A stretch of DNA of 64,000 nucleotides from an uncultured delta proteobacterium (GCA_963796055.1 CAWCKH010000004.1:2976001-3040000); one strand, 5' to 3'; numbered from the stretch's first letter, positions 9,608 through 20,059 are shown. A program made the numbers and translations. Notes: a model not told the origin generated them from the letters alone.

Positions 9608-10552
9608 ATGAAAGCGATCGTGGTGACGGATCAGGCTGCGGGAACGGCCGGGATGAAGCTGGTGGAGCGGCCCGAGCCGCAGGGGGCGGCGCTCGCCAGC
9701 CTCTCGGGCGCGAATTACGGCGATGTCGTTGTTCAGGTTCATGCGTCGGGATTCACCGGGGATGAGCTGTCGTGGCCCTCGACCTGGATCGACCGCCTCG
9801 GCCGTGACCGGACGCCTTCGATCCCCGGGCACGAGCTGGCCGGAGTGGTCACCGCCCTCAGCCATGGAACGACGGGGCTGTCGGTGGGACAGCGGGTGTT
9901 CGGCCTCACGGACTGGACTCGCGACGGAACACTGGCGGAGTATGTAGCCGTCGAGGCACGCAACCTCGCGCCGCTGCCGGGCGACGTTGACTTCACGGTG
10001 GGCGCGGCCCTTGTGATGCCGGGCCTGACCGCGTGGCAGGGGCTGTTCGAGCACGGCCGCCTTCGTGCGGGGCAGAGCGTCCTCGTGCACGGTGCGGCCG
10101 GCGTAGTCGGTTCGATGGCGACCCAGCTCGCACGTGAGGCCGGCGCGTACGTCATCGGCACCGGACGCGCTGGCGGCCGTCAGACGGCTCTCGACTTCGG
10201 CGCGCAGGAGTTCGTCGACCTCGACAACGACGCCCTAGAAGATGTCGGCGGGGTCGATCTGGTTTTCGATGTCCTCGGCGGCGACATCGGGAAGCGGTCT
10301 GCGGGCGTGATTCGCGCCGGAGGAACGCTGGTGACCATCGCCGGCCCGACCGAGGCGCGGCCCGCTGACGGCCTGACTATCGACTTCGTCGTCGTACCCG
10401 ATCGCGCCCAACTGAGTGAGATCGTCCGGCGGGTCCGGGATGGTGGGCTGCGGACAAACATCGGCAACGTGGCTGCCCTCGACGATGCCGTCGCCGCCTT
10501 CAACCCGACCGGGCGACGCAAGGGGAAGACGATCATCCGCGTTCGTCCGTGA
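9608..10552 (+). CDS. NADP-dependent oxidoreductase (second MDR paralog)
   Basis: IPGHELAGVV, GLTAWQGLF, VHGAAGVVG, RKGKTII. Confidence 0.92.
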   Translation: MKAIVVTDQAAGTAGMKLVERPEPQGAALASLSGANYGDVVVQVHASGFTGDELSWPSTWIDRLGRDRTPSIPGHELAGVVTALSHGTTGLSVGQRVFGLTDWTRDGTLAEYVAVEARNLAPLPGDVDFTVGAALVMPGLTAWQGLFEHGRLRAGQSVLVHGAAGVVGSMATQLAREAGAYVIGTGRAGGRQTALDFGAQEFVDLDNDALEDVGGVDLVFDVLGGDIGKRSAGVIRAGGTLVTIAGPTEARPADGLTIDFVVVPDRAQLSEIVRRVRDGGLRTNIGNVAALDDAVAAFNPTGRRKGKTIIRVRP

Positions 10553-11386
10553 GAAGCCGACGGGTGAATCCGCAAGTCCGGCCAACGTTTGCGGCCGGGT
10601 CCCCATCAAGATTGCGTAGCCCAGGTGTTTGGCGAACGTGACGAGCTGTTCGCAGGCCTTTCGCTCGTCGGCGGGGAGACCTGCTGGCGGTGGTTCTCCA
10701 CCGAAGAGTGCCGCCTTCAAGATCTCGACCGGGACTCCCCCCGGCATGTTGGTGTGAATTCCGAGCAGTTCCGGCGGCGCCTCTGCACCGATCAGATCTG
10801 TGACCACCGCGCCCCAGTCACCGCTTTGCGCCACGAACTGCACGTACCCCAGGCGCTTCATGAGAACGATCCAGGCACGGGCGATGCGGACAGGATCCCA
10901 TCCGGTCGTAGTCGGCTTGCCCGAAAATCCGAGCCCGGCATCGAGGGAATCACCACGTCGAAGGAGTCCGATGCGCTTGCACCATGTGCCGTCGGATTGG
11001 TCAACGGATCGATGATCTTCAGCTGCTCGATGAACGAACCCGGCCACCCATGTGTGACGATGAGCGGCAGCGCATTCTCATGCTTCGAGCGAGCATGAAT
11101 GTAATGAATGTCTAACCCATCGATCTCGGTAATGAAATGCGGCAGTGACTTGAGTGGAGCTTGGCATCTGCACCAGTCGTATTCTGTCGCCCAGTAGCGG
11201 GCGAGCTTCTGGATCGTCGCACGCTGCGAGCCTTGCGACAAATCAGTGACCGTTTCGCGCTCCGGCCACCTCGTTGCCCTGATACGGCTGCGCAGCTCGG
11301 TGATCTCCTCTTCTGGAAAAGATGGGAACAGGAAAGGGACGAATATCGGTGGTGTCGCTACCAGCTTGCTTCGTGCCGTGAGCCAT
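10553..11386 (-). pseudogene. Epoxide hydrolase pseudogene (frameshifts, 3' end lost)
   Basis: TRWPERETV, YWATEYDW, PLIVTHGWPGS, FVAQSGDWG, LADSPVG spread over three frames. Confidence 0.9.
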
Positions 11387-11808
11387 CGCTTGAGACCTTT
11401 CTCCAGCGCCGAGACGACCGGGCGGCCCGGTTGCCCCCGGCGCGGGTCGGTATGCCCTCCCTGCGACGAGGCACAACCGCGCGGCGTGACACTGTGCGAC
11501 TGCGTACAATGCAGGCCAGTCGCGACCACCCCATCCCAGCATTCCGCCGGCTGACCCCTACGGGCGGCACGGCGTCCTCCGGGCGGTCCAGACGGAGCGC
11601 GAACCCCCCGAAGGCCTCGGGTGAAATCGCCGAGGAACCCCTGCGCACGAGAATGCCGGGCAATAGCCGGTAGCCGTGCTCAGGCCTAGCCGGCCGCCAC
11701 CCCCCGGACCGAGAACAGTCGCCCTGCCCGCCGTCAAGCGCGCTGAAGCGTGCTTCCGCGCCTTCATCGATCTAAGGGGTCATTCCAGCCCGTGCGAGGA
11801 GTACACTC

Positions 11809-12408
11809 ATGTCGCCACCTGTGTTCCAAGGACGGCCCCGCGACCAGGCAGCAGCGGATCGCCTTCCGCCTGGCCAGTACGTGACTCGAGACTTTCCTGT
11901 CTTGTCGGCCGGCCCCACGCCTCGAACGGCGCTTGCAGATTGGACGTTCTCGATCAGCGGAGAGATTGCGAAGCCAAAGCAGTGGACCTGGGAAGAGTTC
12001 CACAAGCTGCCCAGCGAGACGATCACGCGAGACATTCACTGCGTGACCAAGTGGAGCAAGTTCGACACGGTGTGGGAAGGCGTGCCCGTGGACACGTTGT
12101 TGAAGGGGATCAACACGACTGCCGGGTACCTGATGGCGTTCTCCGACGGTGGCTACACGACGAATCTACCACTGGCGGACGTGATGGACGGAAAGGCCTG
12201 GGTGGCCTTCGCGTTCGGTGGTTCTCCGCTCGCTCCGGAACATGGTGGCCCCGCGCGACTTCTGGTGCCGCACCTCTACTTCTGGAAGAGCGCCAAATGG
12301 TTGCGCGGACTCCGCTTCATGGCCCGAGACGAACCTGGATTTTGGGAGATGTACGGCTACCACATGTACGGGGACCCATGGCGGGAGCAACGCTACAGCG
12401 GCGACTGA
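11809..12408 (+). CDS. Sulfite oxidase-like molybdopterin oxidoreductase
   Basis: LPPGQY, DIHCVTKWSK, EHGGPARL, WKSAKWL, GFWEMYGYH. Confidence 0.92.
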   Translation: MSPPVFQGRPRDQAAADRLPPGQYVTRDFPVLSAGPTPRTALADWTFSISGEIAKPKQWTWEEFHKLPSETITRDIHCVTKWSKFDTVWEGVPVDTLLKGINTTAGYLMAFSDGGYTTNLPLADVMDGKAWVAFAFGGSPLAPEHGGPARLLVPHLYFWKSAKWLRGLRFMARDEPGFWEMYGYHMYGDPWREQRYSGD

Positions 12409-13133
12409 CCTGGCTCCAGGCACGACTCAGCAGGCGTCTGGATGAGACGCCACGCGCGAAGACTCTGGTCCTGGATGTGCCCGGCTGGCCGGGCCACATG
12501 GCAGGCCAACACGTGGACGTCCGCCTCACCGCGGCCGATGGCTATCAAGCTCAACGCAGCTACTCCATCGCATCGCCGCCCGACGACCACGACCAGCTGT
12601 CACTGACCGTCGAGCGCATCGAGAACGGAGAGGTTTCGCCGTACCTGACCGACGTGCTCGCGGAGGGTGAGCAACTGGAGCTGCGCGGACCCATTGGCGG
12701 CTACTTCGTCTGGTCGACAGAGTCGGGCGGGCCGCTGTCCCTGATTGCCGGCGGCTCGGGCGTTTGCCCCCTCATGGCCATGATCCGGCAGCGCGCAGCG
12801 CGGGGAAGCCATGTGCCAACGCGTCTGTTGTACTCAGCACGTTCGCTGGAAGAGATCATTTACAAGCAAGAGCTCGACCAGCTGGCTGAGCGCGCCGATG
12901 GCCTCGAGGTTTTCTACACATTGACCCGGAGCCAGCCACCTGGCTGGCGTGGCGGCTCCAGACGGATCGATCGCGCCATGCTCGCCGAGGTCGGTTTTGG
13001 GGCCGAGCAACTCCCGCTGTGCATGGTCTGTGGGCCAACCCCGCTCGTGGAGGCAGTCGCCAGCACGTTGGTGGAGCTGGGCCACCGGCCAGACCGTGTG
13101 AAAACGGAGAGGTTCGGACCCACTGGAGGTTAG
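12378..13133 (+). CDS. FAD/NAD(P)-binding ferredoxin reductase-like protein
   Basis: RSYSIAS, GEVSPYL, RGPIGG, IAGGSGVCP, VCGPT, TERFG. Confidence 0.92.
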   Translation: MAGATLQRRLTWLQARLSRRLDETPRAKTLVLDVPGWPGHMAGQHVDVRLTAADGYQAQRSYSIASPPDDHDQLSLTVERIENGEVSPYLTDVLAEGEQLELRGPIGGYFVWSTESGGPLSLIAGGSGVCPLMAMIRQRAARGSHVPTRLLYSARSLEEIIYKQELDQLAERADGLEVFYTLTRSQPPGWRGGSRRIDRAMLAEVGFGAEQLPLCMVCGPTPLVEAVASTLVELGHRPDRVKTERFGPTGG

Positions 13134-13135
13134 GG

Positions 13136-13408
13136 ATGGACGAGACTCAGCTGAGGTTGGACGGCAACGCGGCGGCCGGGATCTTCCGAGAGCTGTTCGT
13201 GCACGAGATGACCGTTTCGCGCGGTGCCTGCGCCTCCTGCGGGTCGATCGCGCAGATGGGCGCACAGGAGCTGTACATGTTCCCCCTCTCGCCAGGTGCG
13301 GTTCTTCGCTGCAACCGCTGTCACGGGGTTCTGATGGTCGTCGTTCATGGCGGCGGACGCTATCGGGTGGGACTGCAAGGACTCTCCTGGTTGGAAATAC
13401 CGGAGTGA
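13136..13408 (+). CDS. Small Zn-ribbon protein (DUF6510-like)
   Basis: LDGNAAAG, CASC, PGAVLRCNRC. Confidence 0.75.
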   Translation: MDETQLRLDGNAAAGIFRELFVHEMTVSRGACASCGSIAQMGAQELYMFPLSPGAVLRCNRCHGVLMVVVHGGGRYRVGLQGLSWLEIPE

Positions 13409-14370
13409 CGAGCGCTCCGACCCGAGAGCTCGGGCGCACCGGACTCGCCGTCAGCCGAATGGGGCTTGGGCTCGCCGCGGTGGGGCGCCCCGCGTACATC
13501 ACACTGGGCCGCTCGACCGATCTGGGCGCAGACCGGACCGTCGCGGCAATGCGAACCCGGTCGCACGCACTGCTCGATGCGGCATACGCAGCCGGGGTTC
13601 GCTACGTGGACGTGGCACGCTCCTATGGTCGCGCCGAGGAATTCCTCGCTGAGTCTCTCTCGACACACGACGTGCCTGGGGCGGTGACCGTCGGCTCCAA
13701 GTGGGGTTATCGCTACACCGGCGACTGGCGCCTCGACGTGAAGGTTCAGGAGGTGAAGGATTTGAGCGTCGACAATCTCCGCCGCCAGTTTGCCGAATCG
13801 CGAGCCCTGCTGGGAGATCATCTACGGCTGTACCAGGTCCACTCGGCCACGCTCGAAAGCCGCGTCCTGGAGGATGCCTCCGTTCTAGCCGAGCTCCGGC
13901 GGATCAAAGAAACGGGCCTGGCGATTGGATTGACTGTCACGGGTCCGCGTCAATCCGAGACCATCGAGCGCGCGCTCGCCGTTGGTTTGTTCGACACGGT
14001 GCAGGTCACCTGGAACCTTCTGGAGTGCTCGGCCACCCACGCGCTCGAGCGGGCACACGCGGCGGGAGTGGGCGTCGTCATCAAGGAGGCGCTCGCCAAC
14101 GGGCGGCTGACGGCGGCTGGCGAGGAACGAGCACTGTTCGACGTGGCCCGCGAGCTCGAGGTCGCCCCGGACGTGATTGCTCTGGCGGCCGTGCTCAATC
14201 AGCCCTGGTCGGACGTCGTCCTCAGTGGAGCCGTCACGCCCGAGCAGCTCGTCAGCAACCTGGCGGCCCTGGATGTCGTGGTCGACGACTGGTTGCAGGC
14301 ACGCCTGGGACGTCTGGCCGAGCCCGCGGAGCGTTACTGGTCGGAGCGATCCCGATTGCCCTGGGTGTAA
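13405..14370 (+). CDS. Aldo/keto reductase
   Basis: LGRTGLAVSRMGLG, DVARSYGRAE, GSKWG, YQVHS. Confidence 0.92.
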   Translation: MTSAPTRELGRTGLAVSRMGLGLAAVGRPAYITLGRSTDLGADRTVAAMRTRSHALLDAAYAAGVRYVDVARSYGRAEEFLAESLSTHDVPGAVTVGSKWGYRYTGDWRLDVKVQEVKDLSVDNLRRQFAESRALLGDHLRLYQVHSATLESRVLEDASVLAELRRIKETGLAIGLTVTGPRQSETIERALAVGLFDTVQVTWNLLECSATHALERAHAAGVGVVIKEALANGRLTAAGEERALFDVARELEVAPDVIALAAVLNQPWSDVVLSGAVTPEQLVSNLAALDVVVDDWLQARLGRLAEPAERYWSERSRLPWV

Positions 14371-14387
14371 GGATCGACTGCAGCCAT

Positions 14388-14601
14388 GGATGGATACTGG
14401 ACGCCACGAATCCTGTACGTCTCTCGTGAGTTCTGGAAGCCGGGTCATGACGCCCAGCTGAACCGGATCGAAGCCGAAGGCGCGCGCGTGTGCATTGGCC
14501 TCGGGGTCCCGCGTCCGTACCTGGGCATCGAGTCGCTGACCGGCTCGAAGGAGGTCTGGTACCTCAATGGATTCGCCTCGGCCGGGCAACTGGCCAAAGT
14601 C
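14388..14601 (+). pseudogene. Hypothetical gene truncated at an oriIS end
   Basis: Coding-like REFWKPG...YLGIESLTGSKEVWYLNGF stops at the 14602 repeat boundary. Confidence 0.55.
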
Positions 14602-14877
14602 AGGTCCAAGGAAGAACAAACCGGGCTTTCGTGGCGGAGGCCCGGGCAGGGGTCCGAGTCGCCGGGCCGGAGTGGGCAGGACGAGGCTGCCGGGAAGGGT
14701 GCGGCGGGGCGCTCACCCGTTGGAGGGTAGAGCAGTCCCAGGGCCGTGGTCGGGCCGGGGCGAGTCTCGAACCTCGGACGGCACCTACCAGAGGCCGAGC
14801 TGGGGCGGGGAGGTTGGCCGGAGCGAGCGGAAGCGGCCTGGAGGGGAGCCGCAAGTGCTCGAGGATGGCCTGGGCCG
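14602..14877 (-). mobile_element. Second copy of the ISCR/IS91-like 3' end with oriIS
   Basis: Diverged duplicate of 15492-15767; both end in GTTTGTTCTTCCTTGGACCT on the minus strand. Confidence 0.85.
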
Positions 14878-14993
14878 TCGAGACCTCCAGGACGCGGCGA
14901 GGAGCACCGTGGGGAAGGTTCTCGAGATCGCCGCCGCCGCGCGCACCCAGGCTGCTCGGCGGATGGGCACTGCGTGTTTCCCCGGGTGCTGAT

Positions 14994-15272
14994 TCAGCCC
15001 TGGTCGTCCCACGCGAAGACGTATTCGTCCTCGGACGTGTACACGACCAGCCCGGCCACGGGCTTCCCGGACGCGCCCGCCACCTCGCCGGCGAAGATGC
15101 TTCCGGCCTCCCAGGGGTTCCTGGGCAGCGAGTGCTCCTCGAGGAACTCCCGGGCCTGATCCTCGACCCAGCGCCGCGCGCTCATGAGCGCCGCCCCTGC
15201 GTCCGGGTCGCCGGGAAACGTCTTCGCGCGCGGAGGAACCGTCCCGACCTGGGCGCTGTACGAGGTGCTCAT
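14994..15272 (-). CDS. Small hypothetical protein between the two oriIS copies
   Basis: AAAGGAG RBS; 92-aa ORF. Confidence 0.55.
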   Translation of the reverse strand: MSTSYSAQVGTVPPRAKTFPGDPDAGAALMSARRWVEDQAREFLEEHSLPRNPWEAGSIFAGEVAGASGKPVAGLVVYTSEDEYVFAWDDQG

Positions 15273-15311
15273 CACGGGCTCCTTTCCCCGAGTGCTACCA
15301 CGAAGCCAATC

Positions 15312-15416
15312 TCACCCGTGGCGGCGGATGAACTCCCCCGCCTGCCCGAGCGCCTCGCGGCCGGCCGCCAGCCCAGCGTTCCACACCGGCCACGCACGGA
15401 TCATGTGCGGCCACAT
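15312..15416 (-). CDS. 34-aa small ORF
   Basis: GGAGG RBS upstream of ATG, directly after the stop of a truncated ORF. Confidence 0.4.
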   Translation of the reverse strand: MWPHMIRAWPVWNAGLAAGREALGQAGEFIRRHG

Positions 15417-15491
15417 ACGTCCTCCGTTCAGGGGGTCCGCATCTCCGTCACCAGCCGTCCCGCCCCGTACACCTTCTCCAGTCCCTCGAGG

Positions 15492-17070
15492 AGGTCCAAG
15501 GAAGAACAAACGGGGCCTTCGTGGCGGAGGCCCGGGCAGGGGACCCGAGTCGCCGGGCCGGAGGGGGCAGGACGAGGCTGCCGGAAAGGGCTCGGCGGAG
15601 GTGGTGACCCGTCGGAGGGTAGAGCAGTCCCGGGGCGGTGGTCAGGCGGGGGCGAGTCTCGAACGTCGGACGGCACTCACCAGAGGCCGAGCTGGGGCGG
15701 GGAGGTGGCCGGGGCAAGGGGAAGCGGCCTGGAGGGGAGCCGCAGGTGCTCGAGGATGGCCCGGGCCGCCCGAGGAACGGAGAACGACTGCCACGACGCG
15801 GCGGGTGCCCCCGCAGCGAGGGCAGGCGAGGACGTCGGTCTGGAAGGTCCGCTTGAGGAGCTCGGCCCAGGGGATGGGGTGGCGAGGCCGAGGGGACCGG
15901 ACAGGCTCCGGCGCCAGGGGGCAGGAAGCTGCCTCGATGAGCGCCGCGGGGGGAGGAGGCGCGGGCACGACGCGGGGACGCACCCGGGCGTTGGGGGCGA
16001 AGACCCCGAAGTAGCGGACGCGGGTTGGCCCTGGGGGGCGGGACGAGCGCGGCCACCGGGGCGGAGGAAGGCCACCGGAGCCAGGACGAGGTGCGTCTCT
16101 CCGGTGGGGGAGGCCCGCTTCATCCGGTAGGCGAGCCGGCCGTCAGGCAAGGCCGAGAGTCGCTCCAGCGACAGGGGCCCGCGGGCGCCGCAGTTGCACA
16201 GCCGCTCGAGGCCGACGACGTCATTCTCGTGAAGCCAGGTGTCGGCGTGGAGCGAGAAGCCCTCGGGCGAAGGCACAGCGGCGGGCAGACCGGCGCGCGG
16301 GAGGACGCGGCCCGCTCCGTGGAACCCGGATGCCTTCGAGCTGGAGGACATCGAGCGCTCCATCCGGCACGGCCTGCTCCTCGAGGGCGCCTCGAGCGTG
16401 GAGCAGGCGAAGGACACGACGGGCCACGGTGACGGCGAGTGCCTCCACCTCGGCGTGGGTGGGCCGAGGCAGCGGGTGGAGACGCATTCCGCCCCGTCCA
16501 GTTCCTCGAAGACGGCCTCGGGGACGAGGACGTGGAAGTGGGGCGTCAGCTGCAGCGCCGAGCCGAAGCGCTGGACGAAGGCGACCGCTCCAGTCAGCGG
16601 TCGGGCCACCCCGAGCCGCCGGGCCGCCCGGCGCTGGAAGGTGAGGAGCGCCCGGACGAAGAGCCTCAGCACCTCGGACAGAAGCCGGGCGTCCCTGGCC
16701 AGACAGAAGCGCACCGGCATGGGCAGCGACAGCGTCCACTGGCGGTACGGAGCCCGTGGAAGCACCCGCTCCACGAGGTGGATGGCCGTGCGCCCGGCGC
16801 GCGTTGCAGGAGGGACACACCCCTCGGGACTTGCACGAGAAGGGGACCAGCACCTCGCTCCGGCACGCAGCGCAGGCCAGCCGGGCGAAGCCGTGGGCCA
16901 GCACTCCGCAGCCAAGGTACCGGCTGAAGTCCCGCTCCACGAAGCGCGGGAGACCGCCCCGGTCGGCCGCCTGGGAGAAAGCTGGCGAGGTGGCCGCGCA
17001 CCACCTGGTGCAAGACGGTGCCCTCGACGTCGCGGCGATGGTCGACCGCCCCGAGCGCCCGCTTCCCCTC
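15492..17070 (-). mobile_element. ISCR/IS91-family rolling-circle transposase pseudogene with oriIS
   Basis: Zn-binding CGVLAHGFARLACAAC..FSCKSRGVCPSC, RQWTLSLP, HUH (PHFHVL), LERLCNCGAR (Tyr->Cys), CPRCGG; several frameshifts; upstream end approximate. Confidence 0.9.
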
Positions 17071-17495
17071 TGGCCCGAGAATGGTCTCGCGCTCCCCGTC
17101 GCCCGCAGCCCCCGCCCGCCGCGCCACCGCCGCAGGCCCTCGTGCAGGCGCCGCGCCAGGAGACGACGGCGGGGCCGCGCTGCACGCGCCGTCCAGTCAC
17201 CTGGACGCCGTCTATGGGAGCTCACATGTGCGCCGGTAATAAGAGCGCGACCTTCGGACGGCGCTCCTGAACGGGACCTACGGAACGGCCTCCGAGGTGC
17301 CGACCGTCGCGGACATGTCCATCGCGCTCCTGGAGCGCACGCGCCTCCGCCGGAAGGACTCGACGGGGGTCTTCTACGAGGTTGATGCTCGAGAAGCCCA
17401 TCGTGCCGCGAGAAAACGCGGGTAACCGAGGTGATCCCTGAACGCATCGACCGCTTCGCGCGAGCGATGACCGATGCCAGTTACGTGGGGAATCG

Positions 17496-17517
17496 AGCTG
17501 GGGAACTAGGATTCGAA
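17496..17517 (-). repeat. att core: copy of the tRNA-Gln 3' end
   Basis: AGCTGGGGAACTAGGATTCGAA identical to 24476-24497. Confidence 0.95.
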
Positions 17518-17862
17518 AATAGAAACAAGTCCAAGAAGCCCAAGTGACTCCAAGTGGTTACGGGCCAAGCCCGCGGAATGCTTCGACTCGAGTTGCTTGG
17601 GACAGGTCGAGCTGGGTTTCGCCCTGTTGAACGGCCGAGCGCAACACTGGCGCAACATGACTCGGGAGATGAGAATCTTGGACCCGATCGGAGTGGCCAG
17701 CAGCCCAACGGGCACCACTGCGGTTGCTGAGCCGGCCTACCGTGGTACCCGCAGTCGCGCCGTCGATTGGCCGGTCGGTCGGCATCGACTAGCAGTGACG
17801 TCTTGAGCCGGCCGTCTGCGAGTTCGCAGGCGACCGGCCATCGACCGAGCAGGTTGGGTCGG

Positions 17863-19935
17863 TCAGATCTTTCGGAGGTACGCGAGCAGAGCGGGAACCT
17901 CGGCGTCCGTGAACGGACGGTCTTGCACCGGAGGTACGACGCCCGGCTGGGTGGTGAGTAACGGCGCTGTCGGCGCTTGGATCGCGACGCGTTGGAAGAA
18001 CGCCTTGTAATGGTCGAGCACCTCTTCGAGCGTGGCGGCGGTGTTGCTGACGAAGTAGGGCGCGGTCTTGCTGATTCCGCGCAGGTTCGGGTTGTCGAAG
18101 TGCTCGATGTCGCCGGGGCCGCCGGGCACCGGGTAGCCGGTGAGGAGCATCCGGCCCGGATCCGACGTCGTGACGCGCGTGACGCAGGGAGGCTGGGGCG
18201 CAGGCCCTCCGCACGCAGTTCCGCTCGGCGGCACACCGCTGTTGGTGATCTCGTAGGTCCGCACGTTCGCCATCTGGCTGGGGCTGCACGGCTTGAACAG
18301 GAAGCGGGGCGGAGACACCGTATCGACCGGACGCGGGCACGGGGAAAAGATGGAGTGGTAGCGGATGAGGGCAGTGGGCGTTCCTTCCGTCCCTTGAAGG
18401 ATCGGCGTGCTGCCGCTCGGGTGGCCACCCTGGTTGCCGTGGCATTGCCCGCAGGACCGGTTGAAGACTGCCTTGCCCGCAGTTTCGAGCGCGTCCAACT
18501 CGGGATCGGGATCCGGCAGGGGAACGGTGCCCGCCGCCATCGCGTCGGAAAGGATCTCCACGCCAGGCGAGGAAAACTGGGTGCTCTGGAAGTCTGCCAC
18601 GTCGTCCAGGAAGCTCACCGGTGGGTCCACTTTGATCGCCGCGTGGGACCGGAGCGCAGCCAGCGCCTGGTTCTGCAAAGTGTCGATCCGGCCGTCGAGC
18701 TGGTAGCCCCCGCTCCGATTCGGCCCGCGGAGCGATACCGGAGCGAGGCCGTCGGGACCGGTGATGTTGACGTTGAGGATTGACGGAACGGAGCGCCAGA
18801 CGTCGGCAACGGTCTCGGAGGTCGGCCGTGCCGTCGCGGGACAAGGAACGGTCGACCCGCAATCGAGCAGCTTCACGTTTGGCGGCAGAGGAATGGTCAC
18901 TCGAATCAGACCGTTCACGGTCAGATTCGTGTAGTCGTGGGCGGCCGCGCCATTGATGCGGAAGTCGTTGGCGTCGATCGGGCGGAAGAGCGGGTCGTCC
19001 TCCCCTGAAGTGGTCATCTCGTTGAACCGCGCCAGGGCCGCCTCGGGCGTCAGCTGAAATCTCTCTGAGGGCATGTGGCAGTCGGCGCAGGCGCGCCCGT
19101 TGCCGTCCAGTCCGGCGAGGGTGCGATCGTGGAAGTTCGCCTTGCCGCGGCAGAACACGCTGTCGATCGGAGTGTGGGAGGGACCCGCAGCCACGTCGCA
19201 CGAATCGGTGGTGCATTCGTTACCGTCGTCGAGCGCGATGGGGGTGTGAATGACGACGCCGGTGACCAGATCGCACGTATCCGTCGTGCAGGCGTTGTCG
19301 TCACTTTGGACGGGACCGGGGAGGCCCAGGTGAATCTCGGTCGTTGGAAGATGCTTGTCACCACGCTGCACGTGAAGATGAAATGTGTCCGCAGTCACGA
19401 TGCTGCCTGCGACGGGAAGCGGATCGGCCGGCCCATCGCTTTCGTTGGCATCGTCATCGTCCGCGGGTTCAGCGCCCAACCTGCACTTCTTGAACACGTA
19501 CAGCAGCCCGCCGGAGCCGAAGTCACCGTTGCCGCGGTAGACACAGGTCGTAAAGGAGCCGCCTCCGCTACTGAAGCTCAGCTGCGCTCGGCCTTTCGCG
19601 GAGGCGCCGGCGGTCACCGGGATCTCGGAGGGGATGGGGAAGGTGAGGGAACCCCCAACAAAGGTGACATCGCCGTCAGTCCAGCTCTTGGGGTGGTAGG
19701 TGCGCCGCGCGTCCAGCGAAACGCCGGCGCAGGGGGACAGGGCATCGGCAACCAGGCCGCCGTGCCCGGTGCGGGCTGGTGAGGTCGGCGCGGAGGCGGG
19801 CTCCTGCCGAGCTGTCGCTCCGGGCGCTGCCGCAGGATCGATGACCCCGCACCCGGCGGCGCTGAGCAAGAGGAGCGCCGCCGCCGTTGGACAGCCAAAG
19901 TGAGTCCGGACGAGAGGTCGGCCAGGGATTCCCAT
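17863..19935 (-). CDS. Lipoprotein with Cys-rich repeats and a di-haem cytochrome c peroxidase-like domain
   Basis: Lipobox-like LSAAGC; DDNACTTDTC and DDGNECTTDSC; CADCH and CGQCH; DPGR..TG, PNLRGISKTAPYF. Confidence 0.85.
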   Translation of the reverse strand: MGIPGRPLVRTHFGCPTAAALLLLSAAGCGVIDPAAAPGATARQEPASAPTSPARTGHGGLVADALSPCAGVSLDARRTYHPKSWTDGDVTFVGGSLTFPIPSEIPVTAGASAKGRAQLSFSSGGGSFTTCVYRGNGDFGSGGLLYVFKKCRLGAEPADDDDANESDGPADPLPVAGSIVTADTFHLHVQRGDKHLPTTEIHLGLPGPVQSDDNACTTDTCDLVTGVVIHTPIALDDGNECTTDSCDVAAGPSHTPIDSVFCRGKANFHDRTLAGLDGNGRACADCHMPSERFQLTPEAALARFNEMTTSGEDDPLFRPIDANDFRINGAAAHDYTNLTVNGLIRVTIPLPPNVKLLDCGSTVPCPATARPTSETVADVWRSVPSILNVNITGPDGLAPVSLRGPNRSGGYQLDGRIDTLQNQALAALRSHAAIKVDPPVSFLDDVADFQSTQFSSPGVEILSDAMAAGTVPLPDPDPELDALETAGKAVFNRSCGQCHGNQGGHPSGSTPILQGTEGTPTALIRYHSIFSPCPRPVDTVSPPRFLFKPCSPSQMANVRTYEITNSGVPPSGTACGGPAPQPPCVTRVTTSDPGRMLLTGYPVPGGPGDIEHFDNPNLRGISKTAPYFVSNTAATLEEVLDHYKAFFQRVAIQAPTAPLLTTQPGVVPPVQDRPFTDAEVPALLAYLRKI

Positions 19936-19974
19936 TTGAACGCTCGCAGTGTGGAGGGAGAGGTCTCTGATCCC

Positions 19975-20003
19975 CGTACGGAATCAGTCCGGAAAAGCGG
20001 CCA
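19975..20003 (-). promoter_or_regulatory. Putative ECF promoter copy 1 (TGGCCG-N16-CCGTACG)
   Basis: About 40 nt upstream of the haem lipoprotein ATG; motif repeated three times with identical spacing. Confidence 0.75.
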
Positions 20004-20059
20004 TTCCTAGGTTCTGGCCGGGCGTCGCGTCGGGTACGCTCTGGACCGCCCTGGCGCCG

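Noticed and set aside
15492..17070. Active transposase able to mobilise the island
   Set aside because: Multiple frameshifts and the catalytic Tyr replaced by Cys (Tyr is retained in the 6.3-kb fragment)
17486..17495. TGGGGAATCG matching the tRNA 5' end next to the att core
   Set aside because: Only 10 nt, in the opposite orientation and largely explained by acceptor-stem symmetry; cannot be separated from chance
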